Assembly: GCA_043826455.1 (NCBI GenBank) | Contig: JBDRQD010000062.1 | Coordinates: 1-30,436 of the forward strand | Reading direction: 5' to 3' | DNA length: 30,436 bases | Origin: Candidatus Bathyarchaeota archaeon | GTDB taxonomy: Archaea > Thermoproteota > Bathyarchaeia > TCS64 | Made by a program: the position numbers and the translations under genes | Shown here: piece by piece, positions 7,846-16,582 of the stretch | How positions within the stretch are numbered: position 1 is the stretch's first letter | How the letters are laid out: each line of letters begins with the position of its first letter | The notes under the pieces: model-generated | What the model saw: only the letters and a program-made list of their open reading frames with translations | Told to the model about the DNA's origin: nothing | Database searches by the model: none

Positions 7846-9423
7846 ATGGGCTTCGACCTTGTGGTGAGGAACGGTGTAATTCTGGACGGCTCAGGCAATC
7901 CGTGGTACCGGGGCGACGTGGGCGTATCATCCGGCGTCATTGCCGCTATCGGCAAGTCGGGGGAGTCGGCTGACAGGGTCATAGACGCCCGGGGCATGGT
8001 GGTGGCCCCCGGCTTCATAGACATTCACAGCCACAGCGACTACAATGTGCTGAGGGAGCCCAGGGCTGAGAGTAAGGTGAGGCAGGGGGTCACCATGGAG
8101 GTCATAGGTAACTGCGGCAACAGCGCGGCCCCCATGAGCGAGGCCCTGAGGGAGTACCGCTCCAAGTACATGGCCGCCATGATGGGTGACGAGCAGAGGT
8201 ACAACTGGACGACCATGGGCGACTACATGGGGCTGGTGGAGAGCCTGGGCGCTGCCTTCAACGTCGTCCCCCTGGTGGGCCACGGAACCCTCAGGCAGAA
8301 CGCCGTGGGCAACGAGGACAGAGAGCCAACAAACTCCGAGATGAGGGAGATGAAGCGGCTTCTAAGGGAGTCCCTGAAGGCGGGGGCTTGGGGCCTCAGC
8401 ACTGGCCTCATCTACACCCCCAGCGTCTACGCGGACACCGACGAGATCGTGAAGCTGGCGAAGGTGACGGCGGAGTACGACAGCATCTACGCGACCCACA
8501 TCAGAGGCGAGGGAGACACACTGATCGAGGCGGTGGACGAAGCCATAGCCATCGGGCGGCGTGCCAACGTCAAGGTCCAGATAGCCCACTTCAAGGCCTG
8601 CGGCTCAAAGAACTGGGGCAAGACCGCCGCCACCCTGAGGATGGTGGAGGAGGCGAGGGCTCAGGGCGTCGACGTCACCTTCGACCAGTACCCCTACACC
8701 GCCTCCAGCACAGGACTCGCTGCCCTGCTCCCCCGGTGGGCCCAGGACGGCGGAGCCGTTAAGCTGCTGGAGCGGCTGCGGGACCCCAAGGTGAGGAACA
8801 GGGTAAGGGCCCAGCCCACGGAGGAGATGGAGGACTGGAGCAGGATAATCATAGTCCAGGCCAAGGGGAACCCCCGATACGAGGGGCTGAGCCTGCAGGA
8901 GATAGCGGGCCTAGAAGGCAAGGAGCCCCTGGACTCCATGTGCGACCTGCTCATCAGTGAGGAGGCTCAGGTCATGGTGGTGCTCCATGAGATGGTGGAG
9001 GAGGACGTGGTCCGCGTAATGAGGAGCCCCATTGGTATGGTGGGCAGCGACGGCAGAGCCGTGTCTCCCGATGGGATGTATGGGCGAAGCATGGTTCATC
9101 CAAGGTACTACGGCACCTTCCCCAGGGTTCTGGGAGAGTACGTCCGCAGAGGCGTGATCGCTCTGCCTGAGGCGGTGCGAAAGATGACCAGCGCACCTGC
9201 TCAGCGGCTAGGTATCTGGGACCGGGGCCTCATCCGCGTGGGGTTCAAGGCTGACCTGGTAGTCTTTGACCCAGCCACCGTCAAGGACGAGGCCACCTTC
9301 GAGGACCCCCACAGGTACCCCTCCGGGATACCCTACGTCATCGTGAACGGCGTCCCGGTGGTGGACAACGGCGAGCACACCGGCGCCCTCCCCGGGCGAG
9401 TCCTCCGGAAGGGCGTCTCCTAA
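7846..9423 (+). CDS. N-acyl-D-amino-acid deacylase (D-aminoacylase, amidohydrolase superfamily), copy 1
   Basis: Motifs APGFIDIHSHSD, QGVT..V.GNCG, GLSTGLIY, THIRGE, AHFK, DQYPY, GSDG, HPRYYGTFPRVLG. ATG 7846 aligns with the copy 2 start. Confidence 0.9.
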   Translation: MGFDLVVRNGVILDGSGNPWYRGDVGVSSGVIAAIGKSGESADRVIDARGMVVAPGFIDIHSHSDYNVLREPRAESKVRQGVTMEVIGNCGNSAAPMSEALREYRSKYMAAMMGDEQRYNWTTMGDYMGLVESLGAAFNVVPLVGHGTLRQNAVGNEDREPTNSEMREMKRLLRESLKAGAWGLSTGLIYTPSVYADTDEIVKLAKVTAEYDSIYATHIRGEGDTLIEAVDEAIAIGRRANVKVQIAHFKACGSKNWGKTAATLRMVEEARAQGVDVTFDQYPYTASSTGLAALLPRWAQDGGAVKLLERLRDPKVRNRVRAQPTEEMEDWSRIIIVQAKGNPRYEGLSLQEIAGLEGKEPLDSMCDLLISEEAQVMVVLHEMVEEDVVRVMRSPIGMVGSDGRAVSPDGMYGRSMVHPRYYGTFPRVLGEYVRRGVIALPEAVRKMTSAPAQRLGIWDRGLIRVGFKADLVVFDPATVKDEATFEDPHRYPSGIPYVIVNGVPVVDNGEHTGALPGRVLRKGVS

Positions 9424-9461
9424 ACCCTTTATCCTCGTCCGAACAATCCATATGGATATTC

Positions 9462-11033
9462 ATGAGCTACGACCTCATAGTCAAGAACGGCCGAGTGATG
9501 GACGGGTCAGGCAACCCCTGGTTCCACGCCGACGTAGGGGTGGAGGACGGGCTGGTCGCCGCCGTCGGCAACCTTGGGGGCATGGACGCCAAGCATGTGG
9601 TGGACGCCCGGGGCATGGTAGTAGCCCCAGGCTTCATAGACATCCACAGCCACAGCGACGTACCTATCCTGGTTGACAGGAGGGGCCTGAGCAAGATACA
9701 TCAGGGCGTCACCACTGAGGTGGTGGGCCAGTGTGGCAACAGCGCCGCCCCCGTAAACGACTCGGTGAGGGAGTACCGGGAGAAGTACGCCCGGAGCAGC
9801 GTCCCGGACGACTTCCACATAACCTGGGGCTCCATGGCCTCCTACATGGACGAGGTTGACAAGGGTGCTGCCCTCAACATAGCCCCCCTCGTCGGCCACG
9901 GCACCGTGAGGCAGGACGTCATGGGTTACGAGAACCGTGAGCCCACCGAGGCTGAGCTGGAGGACATGAGGAAGCTGGTGGCCGAGGCCATGATGGACGG
10001 CGCATGGGGCATGAGCACAGGCCTCATCTACCCTCCCAGCGTCTACGGCAAGGCCCCTGAGATCACCGAGCTCGCCAAGGTGGTGGCCCAATACGGGGGC
10101 CTCTACTTCTCCCACATCAGGGGGGAGGGGGACACGCTGCTGGAAGCCGTTAAGGAGGCGTGCGAGGTGGGTGCCCAGGCCGGTCTACCCGTGCAGATAT
10201 CTCACTTCAAGGCCAGCGGCCAGAAGAACTGGGGCAGGACCGTGCAGAGCCTGGCCCTGGTGGAGGAGTACCGGGAAAGGGGCGTGGACGTGACCTTCGA
10301 CCAGTACCCGTACGTTGCATCAAGCACCGGCCTTACCGCCCTCCTGCCCCACTGGGCCCACGAGGGAGGCGTAGAGAAGATGCTTGAGCACCTGAAGAAT
10401 CCCGCATCCAGGAAGCGCATGAAGAAGGAGCAGCGCCTCGGCTACCCCCCCGAGAACATACTGGTGACCAAGGCGAAGAACAACCCCCAGTACACAGGCA
10501 AGAACCTGAAGGAGATAGGGGAGATAATGGGCAAGAACCCCTTCGACGCCATGTTCGACCTGCTCATAGCCGAGAACACCCAGGTCCCCAGCGTCATGTT
10601 CGGCCTCAACGAGGAGGACGTGGTCCGCGTCATGAGGAGCCCCCTGGGCATGGTGGGCAGCGACGCCTCAGCCATATGCCCCGAGGGCGTCTGGGCTGAC
10701 AGCAAGCCCCACCCCCGGGCCTACGGCACCTTCCCACGCGTCCTCGGCCACTACGTCCGCGAGGGAGTCATAAGCCTCCAGGAAGCGGTACGCAAGATGA
10801 CAGGCGCCCCTGCCCAGCGCATGGGCTTCAAGGACAGGGGCCTCCTCAAGGAGGGCTACAAGGCGGACATAGCTGTGTTCGACCCGGCCACGGTGAGGGA
10901 CGAGGCCACCTTCACGGACCCCCAGAGGTACGCGTCAGGCATACACCACGTAGTGGTGAACGGCGTGCCGGTCATCGAGGACGGGGAGTACACAGGGGCG
11001 CGTCCGGGCAAGGCTTTGAGGAAGCCCGTCTAG
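9462..11033 (+). CDS. N-acyl-D-amino-acid deacylase, copy 2
   Basis: Same motif set: HSHSD, GQCG, SHIRGE, SHFK, GSDA, HPRAYGTFPRVLG. Confidence 0.9.
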   Translation: MSYDLIVKNGRVMDGSGNPWFHADVGVEDGLVAAVGNLGGMDAKHVVDARGMVVAPGFIDIHSHSDVPILVDRRGLSKIHQGVTTEVVGQCGNSAAPVNDSVREYREKYARSSVPDDFHITWGSMASYMDEVDKGAALNIAPLVGHGTVRQDVMGYENREPTEAELEDMRKLVAEAMMDGAWGMSTGLIYPPSVYGKAPEITELAKVVAQYGGLYFSHIRGEGDTLLEAVKEACEVGAQAGLPVQISHFKASGQKNWGRTVQSLALVEEYRERGVDVTFDQYPYVASSTGLTALLPHWAHEGGVEKMLEHLKNPASRKRMKKEQRLGYPPENILVTKAKNNPQYTGKNLKEIGEIMGKNPFDAMFDLLIAENTQVPSVMFGLNEEDVVRVMRSPLGMVGSDASAICPEGVWADSKPHPRAYGTFPRVLGHYVREGVISLQEAVRKMTGAPAQRMGFKDRGLLKEGYKADIAVFDPATVRDEATFTDPQRYASGIHHVVVNGVPVIEDGEYTGARPGKALRKPV

Positions 11034-11040
11034 GCTCACT

Positions 11041-11082
11041 CTTTTTCCCAGTGGCTGGGAATAACGTGAAAAAAATTTTTCC
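11041..11082. terminator. Putative bidirectional terminator region between convergent genes
   Basis: T5 tract on the + strand, hairpin TTCCCAG-tgg-CTGGGAA (11045-11061), and an A7 run that reads as T7 on the - strand. Confidence 0.45.
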
Positions 11083-11105
11083 CTTGGCTCGCAGCGGAGC
11101 CTCGG

Positions 11106-11576
11106 TTACTCTGGTAGGCCAAGTGTCTTGAGGTAGCCGTTGAGGACCCTGGTGAAGGCCGCCTCGTCCTTCACCCTTAGCTCGTTGTCGATGTAGTCGT
11201 CGGCGTTCATGCTGAACTCGAACCTCTTGGCGCCTTTGCCTATTCCCAGGAACCCACCCTCCTTCTCCACAAGGGCGAACTCTATCTTGACTCTCTGCGG
11301 ACCCAGGGTCTTGGAGATGTTGCTGAGGGTACCTATGATATCCCCCGACTGTGTGCTAGGTGCTCCCCTCCTCGAGACCTTCACCTCGACTGCCTTGCCT
11401 TCCTGGGGCGGATCAAACCTTCTGTAGTGGTAGTCTCCTCCGCCCCTCCCTGTTAGGCCCTTCTTAGATGAGTAGCCTCTGCTGGATAAGAGGTCGAATA
11501 TCTTTTCAGCGATCACGTCGTCCTTCGACCCACTTGTCATGGCTTTTTTAGCCAGTTTTTTTCCTTCTTCGAACAT
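11106..11576 (-). CDS. Hypothetical protein (156 aa)
   Basis: ATG preceded by GGTGA. Lys/Gly-rich soluble sequence; no family recognised. Confidence 0.75.
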   Translation of the reverse strand: MFEEGKKLAKKAMTSGSKDDVIAEKIFDLLSSRGYSSKKGLTGRGGGDYHYRRFDPPQEGKAVEVKVSRRGAPSTQSGDIIGTLSNISKTLGPQRVKIEFALVEKEGGFLGIGKGAKRFEFSMNADDYIDNELRVKDEAAFTRVLNGYLKTLGLPE

Positions 11577-11751
11577 CCCCGCGGTGTCACCTGCTCTGAT
11601 CTATAAGGAACTTAATCCCATTTAAAGGTAAGTCAAATTTTAATAAACCATTGAAATGTAGTATCCATACATGTATCCTTCACTATTTTTGTATCAATAT
11701 ATGGGTCATTAACTCTGAGAGTGTAGATAAAACGTCTTAGATAAAGGGGGC

Positions 11752-12207
11752 TTACAGGTTGTTGATCATCCTGAAGTCTTCCTTCATGGTGTTCAGCACC
11801 ACGTGGGTGTTGGTGCGCTCCACGAAGGGCATGCTCAGCAGGTTCTTGGGGAACTCGCTCAGCTCACGCCTGTTCCTGAACTTGGCCACCACCACCGAGT
11901 CTATCTCCCCCGTGACGTCGTAGACTGCGCACACGTAAGGCAGCTTGGCTATCTCCCGCTGGGTCTCCAGGAGCTTGCCCTTGCTCACAGTCATCTCCGT
12001 TACCACCGTGAGCTCGAAGCCCAGCCTCTCAAAGTCCAGCATCACCGTGTAGTCCTTGATGACGCCGGCCGACTCCATTCTCTGGACGTGGTTGATGACG
12101 GTGGCCGCGGAGACGCCGATGGCCTTGGCCAGGTCCCTGTAGCTCCTATTGGAGTTCTTCAGCAGCTCCGCAAGGAGCTTCTTATCGATCTCATCTAACG
12201 CGAACAT
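11752..12207 (-). CDS. Lrp/AsnC family transcriptional regulator
   Basis: LDEIDKKLL..L..N...SY.DLA..IGVS..TV HTH, and a C-terminal RAM domain (VYDVTGEID, TNTHVVL). GGTGA RBS. Confidence 0.93.
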   Translation of the reverse strand: MFALDEIDKKLLAELLKNSNRSYRDLAKAIGVSAATVINHVQRMESAGVIKDYTVMLDFERLGFELTVVTEMTVSKGKLLETQREIAKLPYVCAVYDVTGEIDSVVVAKFRNRRELSEFPKNLLSMPFVERTNTHVVLNTMKEDFRMINNL

Positions 12208-12309
12208 GGGATCACCTTAAACATATGTGAACTGGTTTAGCTGATAAGGTGACACACGTATATTAAACTTACCATAAAGTATATATTCGTTTAAAGTGCC
12301 GATGGCTCT

Positions 12310-13206
12310 ATGCTTCAGGACGGGACGCGGGCGGGGGTGCTGGCCGCCGTCACAGTATCCCTGATTTGGGGGCTTAGCTTCGTCGCGGCCTCCATGGTCC
12401 TCAAGACCCTATCCCCCGTGACACTGGCCACGCTGAGGTTCATCCTGGCCTCCCTGCTGTTCGCACCCGTCATCGCTTCGGACGCTTTGAAGGGGGCGCT
12501 ACCATCAAGTGTGGACCTTAAAGAAATGGCTCTTTTGGGGTTCCTGAGCATCAGCCTCTACTTCTGGCTTCAGTACACAGGCGTCAAGTACGCCGGGGCG
12601 GGGGTATCCGCTCTACTCGTGGTGGGCTTCATACCCATACTCACCGGGGAAGCCTCCTCGATCATCCTCAAGGAGTCCATGGGCCGAGGAAGGTTCCTGG
12701 GCGCGGCCACAGGGTTCCTGGGGGTGGCCATTGTCACCCTGCCCAAGCTGACGGGCGTCCACGTGGACACCGGTTTCCTCTTCGGCGTCGCATGCCTGCT
12801 GGGGAACGCCGTCTGCTGGTCTCTGTACTCGACTCTCAGCAGGCGCCTCATGCAGAGGACGGGCCGGCCGGCCTTCGTCACCAGCTACGTCACCCTCTTC
12901 GGGGCCCTCTTCCTGATCCCACTGTCCTTGACCTCTGACTGGGGGTCGCTGGGAGCCCTCACCGTGAACCAGTGGGTCAGCGTCCTCTACTTGGCCGTCG
13001 TGTGCAGCGGAGGGGGCTACCTGCTCTGGAACTTCGCCCTCAGCCGCCTAGAGTCCGTTCGGGCCGCCGTTTGGCTCTACCTTGAGCCCGTCGCCGCCTT
13101 CCTCGGAGAAGCGGTGATCCTGGGCACAGTGCCTGACGCTGTGACCGCGGCGGGGGGCGTCCTAGTGCTTTTAGGGGCCATTGTAACATCCGTCTCAAAG
13201 AAGTAA
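12310..13206 (+). CDS. DMT/EamA family transporter
   Basis: IWGLSF, LATLRF, about 10 hydrophobic segments, YLLWN..L, YLEPV.A. Confidence 0.9.
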   Translation: MLQDGTRAGVLAAVTVSLIWGLSFVAASMVLKTLSPVTLATLRFILASLLFAPVIASDALKGALPSSVDLKEMALLGFLSISLYFWLQYTGVKYAGAGVSALLVVGFIPILTGEASSIILKESMGRGRFLGAATGFLGVAIVTLPKLTGVHVDTGFLFGVACLLGNAVCWSLYSTLSRRLMQRTGRPAFVTSYVTLFGALFLIPLSLTSDWGSLGALTVNQWVSVLYLAVVCSGGGYLLWNFALSRLESVRAAVWLYLEPVAAFLGEAVILGTVPDAVTAAGGVLVLLGAIVTSVSKK

Positions 13207-13257
13207 AGTTGCCTTAAACGCGTTAACCCCCACTCACATGAGTTTAGATAATGATGT

Positions 13258-13302
13258 GAAAACTATACATATGTATATTATATTACCAGAAAACTATATA
13301 TA
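13258..13302 (+). promoter_or_regulatory. glnA promoter: BRE/TATA plus palindromic operator candidate
   Basis: Perfect palindrome TATACATATGTATA at 13264-13277. GAAAACTATA repeats directly at 13258 and 13289, and the second copy runs into TATATA about 25 nt before the ATG. Confidence 0.55.
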
Positions 13303-13324
13303 CGTGAACTCTCCGTTGTGGTGT

Positions 13325-14704
13325 ATGCCTGCTAAACTGACCAACGGCGACGCCGTGGAGCCCATCATGGAGCTCGTGGCCCGCCACGACATAAAATACG
13401 TTCGGCTTATCGTCATCGACTCCCTGGGTGGGCCCAGGGCCATGCTCATACCCGAGTACAATATCAGGGACGCCCTGACCTATGGGATCGCCTTCGACGG
13501 CTCCAGCGTCCCAGGGTTCGCCGAGGTGAACCGCAGCGACCTTAACCTACACCCGGACCCGGCTACCTTCCTGGTGCCCATGTGGGAGACCCCCGGCATA
13601 GCCCTCATGTTCTGCTACGTCAGCAACCCCGACGGCACACCCTTCGCCGGTGACCCCAGAGGCCGACTGAAGCTGACCGTGGACGAGCTGGAGAAGGAGG
13701 GCTACGGCTTCAACACGGGCCCCGAGCTTGAGTACTTCTACGTCACCAGCAAGGACGGCGTGGTGGCCCCCTTCGGCAAGGGCGGGTACTTCGACCTGCC
13801 GCCCCTGGACCCCACGGAGGAGGTGAAGCTGGAGACCCTGATGGTCCTGGAGGCTGCCGGGTTCATGCTGGACCGGGTCCACCACGAGGCGGCCAGCGGG
13901 CAGCAGGAGATCAACTTCAGGTACAGCGACGCCCTGAAGACGGCGGACAACGTCATCCTGTACAAGCTTGCGGTCAAGACCGTGGCCGAGAAGCATGAGG
14001 CCATGGCCACCTTCATGCCCAAGCCCTTCTGGGGCATCAACGGCAGCGGCTGCCACGTGCACCAGAGCATCATCGACAACGAGACTGGGCGCAACATCTT
14101 CGCGGACAACGACGCCGAGCACGGCCTCTCAGACACGGCCCGGAACTACATAGGAGGCTTGCTGAGTCACGCCCAGGCCATGAGCGCCGTTGTGGCGCCC
14201 CTGGTGAACAGCTACAAGCGGCTAGTGCCCCACTACGAGGCCCCCGTCTACGTGAGCTGGGGCTTTGCCAACAGGTCGGCCCTGGTCCGGGTCCCCCTGG
14301 CGCCCGGGGAGAGGAACAAGGTGACCAGGATGGAGTACAGGCACCCTGACCCGTCGTCTAACCCCTACCTCACGGCGACGGTGCTCCTGAAAGCCGGGAT
14401 GGAGGGCGTCAAGAAGAAGACTGAGCCCCCGGAGCCCATGGCCGAGAACATTTATCACCTGACGCCTAAGGAGGTGAAGAAGAGGGGCGTGGAGGTTCTG
14501 CCGGAGCATCTGGGGGAGGCCGTGGACTACTTCGAGGAGGACCCGCTGATGAAGGAGGCCCTGGGCGAGTACCTGCACGGGAACCTGGTTGAGCTCAAAC
14601 GGAAGGAGTTCGACGACTACCTGGCCTTCACCGGCGTCGAGTGGGCGGCCAGCAGGCCCAAGATCACCTCGTGGGAGTACGACAGGTACCTCACCAGGTG
14701 CTAG
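13325..14704 (+). CDS. glnA: Glutamine synthetase type I
   Basis: FDGSS, GPELEY, GGYFD, HHE..SGQQEI, FMPKP..GINGSGCHVH, NSYKRLVP.YEAP, NRSALVRVP, RMEYR.PDP. The ORF-track extension to 13238 is AT-rich promoter DNA. Confidence 0.9.
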   Translation: MPAKLTNGDAVEPIMELVARHDIKYVRLIVIDSLGGPRAMLIPEYNIRDALTYGIAFDGSSVPGFAEVNRSDLNLHPDPATFLVPMWETPGIALMFCYVSNPDGTPFAGDPRGRLKLTVDELEKEGYGFNTGPELEYFYVTSKDGVVAPFGKGGYFDLPPLDPTEEVKLETLMVLEAAGFMLDRVHHEAASGQQEINFRYSDALKTADNVILYKLAVKTVAEKHEAMATFMPKPFWGINGSGCHVHQSIIDNETGRNIFADNDAEHGLSDTARNYIGGLLSHAQAMSAVVAPLVNSYKRLVPHYEAPVYVSWGFANRSALVRVPLAPGERNKVTRMEYRHPDPSSNPYLTATVLLKAGMEGVKKKTEPPEPMAENIYHLTPKEVKKRGVEVLPEHLGEAVDYFEEDPLMKEALGEYLHGNLVELKRKEFDDYLAFTGVEWAASRPKITSWEYDRYLTRC

Positions 14705-15093
14705 GCCCTGCACCCCATCTCCGTTATCTTCTGGGGTAGGTCGTCCAGCTCGTCCAGCATCCTCCGGTACCACCTGTCCAGGGTGTCCCTTATGGACTCC
14801 TTGAGGCGCTCCGGTGATACGGCCCTGTAGACGTACTTGTAGCCGCCCAGGCCGATGAGCTCCTCCTCCCTGGTGGCCAGGCCCTTCTCCACCAGGTTCT
14901 GCAGAAGGCGCTGGGCCGTGGACCTGCTCTTGCTCAGCCTCTCGGTGGCTTCTTGGATGGTGACGGGGCCCAGGTTCACTAGTACGCAGTAGGCCTGTAT
15001 TTCTGTGGTCTTGATGCCCAGGGCGCACTTGATGAGCTCCTCGGGGCCTATCTCGGGGGCGTTTAGGATGCTCTGTATCTCCTTAAGGCTCAT
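14701..15093 (-). CDS. TrmB-like / COG3355-type HTH transcriptional regulator
   Basis: LIKCALGI, GPVTIQE..E.L.KSRSTAQR.LQNLVEKGL, GGYKYVY. ATG 15093 is preferred over GTG 15117, which lies in the promoter. Confidence 0.82.
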   Translation of the reverse strand: MSLKEIQSILNAPEIGPEELIKCALGIKTTEIQAYCVLVNLGPVTIQEATERLSKSRSTAQRLLQNLVEKGLATREEELIGLGGYKYVYRAVSPERLKESIRDTLDRWYRRMLDELDDLPQKITEMGCRA

Positions 15094-15097
15094 ACTA

Positions 15098-15134
15098 TGT
15101 TCAAAGGTGGTGAACACCTTTAAATACCTTTATA
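15098..15134. promoter_or_regulatory. Back-to-back divergent promoters with inverted-repeat operator candidate
   Basis: AAAGGTG-n5-CACCTTT at 15103-15121 and TGTTCA-n7-TGAACA at 15098-15116. TATA-like TTTAAA at 15119-15124 and TTTATA at 15129-15134. Confidence 0.55.
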
Positions 15135-15165
15135 TTTTGTGGAGGGCAACAAGTACTGACACAGT

Positions 15166-15486
15166 ATGCCTAAAACAGTTGAAGTGACTGACGCATCGTT
15201 CGACGAGTTCGTTAAGGAGCACCCCAAGGTGGTGGTGGACTGCTGGGCTGCCTGGTGCGGCCCCTGCAGGATGCTGAGCCCCATCATCGATCAGCTGTCC
15301 GAAGAGAGGGAGGGTATCACATTCGGGAAGCTGAACGTTGACCAGAACCGTGTGATCCCCATGCGGTACGGTATCATGAGTATCCCGACCCTGCTATACT
15401 TCAAGGACGGTGTGCTGGTGGATAAGACCCTGGGAGCGCTGCCCAAAGTGGCCCTGGAAGCAAGGATAAGCGCCGTGATGGGTTAG
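15166..15486 (+). CDS. trxA: Thioredoxin
   Basis: WCGPC active site, KLNVD, GIMSIPTL; 106 aa. Confidence 0.96.
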   Translation: MPKTVEVTDASFDEFVKEHPKVVVDCWAAWCGPCRMLSPIIDQLSEEREGITFGKLNVDQNRVIPMRYGIMSIPTLLYFKDGVLVDKTLGALPKVALEARISAVMG

Positions 15487-16028
15487 GCCCGGCTCTTTAG
15501 CTTCTCCGTTATCTTCAGAAGCTCGTCCGGTGTGATGGGTTTAAGCAGGACCTCGTCTGTGCCGATCTGGCTGGGGTCCATGTTCTCCAGCATGTCCGCG
15601 TTGCCTGTGAGGAGCACCACGTTTATGTCGCTGTTCCTGTCCTTGAGGCGCCTGGAAAGCTCGCTGCCCGTGGTGTCGGGTAGCTTCAGGTCTAGGATGG
15701 CCATGTCGAAGTCCAGTTGGCTGGCCTTCAGGAGGGCCTGGTTGCCTGTGCTGGCTGTCTCCACGTAGAAGCCGGCGTCCTCCAGGAGGACCTTGAAGGT
15801 GTCTGTGAGGAACTCGTCGTCGTCCACTATGAGGACGGTTCCGAGGGGCTCCTCTATGATGTTCACCTGCTCCTCGTACTCGTGGAGGGCCTCGTTGAAG
15901 TCGGGGTGCCCGTCCAGGATGTCCACTATGAGTTCTAGTCGCTCGACGAGGGCGTCCATCTTCTTCTCGTGCTCGTTGAGAACGTTGATGATGAGGTCGA
16001 GCACGTCTATCTTGTCAGTGAAGCTCAT
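15483..16028 (-). CDS. Response-regulator receiver protein with N-terminal coiled-coil extension
   Basis: Receiver motifs are intact: VLIVDDD, ILDLKLPD, LLTG, LLKP. About 60-aa helical N-terminus. Confidence 0.88.
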   Translation of the reverse strand: MSFTDKIDVLDLIINVLNEHEKKMDALVERLELIVDILDGHPDFNEALHEYEEQVNIIEEPLGTVLIVDDDEFLTDTFKVLLEDAGFYVETASTGNQALLKASQLDFDMAILDLKLPDTTGSELSRRLKDRNSDINVVLLTGNADMLENMDPSQIGTDEVLLKPITPDELLKITEKLKSRA

Positions 16029-16333
16029 CTCTCTCCCCGCTAACTCCCCGTACTAGTTGTTGTCTGATGGGTATATGAATTTTGAGGCAGTTGTTAGTTG
16101 TATTTTGCTGACATTAGTATGTCATCGGCTTTTTTCTTGCTGTAGGTTGTGGTGAGTATCGTTGATCCGTTTTTTAGATGCGTTTTTCTGGTCTGGGTTT
16201 GCTGTCCTGTCTTGGGGCCTGTGAGTAAGGCGTGGCTGAGGGGCTCTCGTCGTGTACTACTCATTTGTTAATGTTCCGCATTACCAATAACATTATTAAT
16301 ACCCATCTTTATAGTATTACTTGAATAATTTAT

Positions 16334-16582
16334 ATGACTCAGATTGTAAGTATTACCAGTAAGGGGCAGGCGACGATACCCAAGGAGCTCAGGGAAAAAT
16401 ACGGGATGAAGGACAAGGCCCTCGTCGTGGATACGGACGAGGGCATACTCTTCAAACCCCTGCCGAGCCCAAGACAGGAGAGGGGGTCCCTTAGACGGCT
16501 ATTAAAGGATAAGACGGCCCGGGAGCTGGTCGAGGAGGCCCGCCTACACGAGGCAGAGCCGGTCAAGGGGCGACGAACCTGA
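16334..16582 (+). CDS. AbrB/MazE/SpoVT-family antitoxin (VapB-like)
   Basis: ITSKGQATIPKELREKYG swapped-hairpin signature; lies directly upstream of a PIN gene. Confidence 0.9.
   Translation: MTQIVSITSKGQATIPKELREKYGMKDKALVVDTDEGILFKPLPSPRQERGSLRRLLKDKTARELVEEARLHEAEPVKGRRT

Noticed and set aside
11044..11061. TTCCCAGTGG resembling a mini-ORB
   Set aside because: Single imperfect copy, better explained as a hairpin between convergent genes.
11226..11275. GGFLGIGK motif suggesting a Jag_N or PRC-barrel domain
   Set aside because: Too short, and the rest of the protein does not fit either domain.
13238..13324. N-terminal extensions given by the ORF track (glnA; also starts 457, 7777, 18691, 28096, 29432)
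   Set aside because: They run through promoter DNA or neighbouring genes; downstream ATGs fit the family N-termini.
13325..14704. glnA as a gamma-glutamyl-amine ligase rather than true GS
   Set aside because: The ammonium-site residues (FDGSS Asp/Ser, GYFD Tyr, YEAP flap Glu) are retained.
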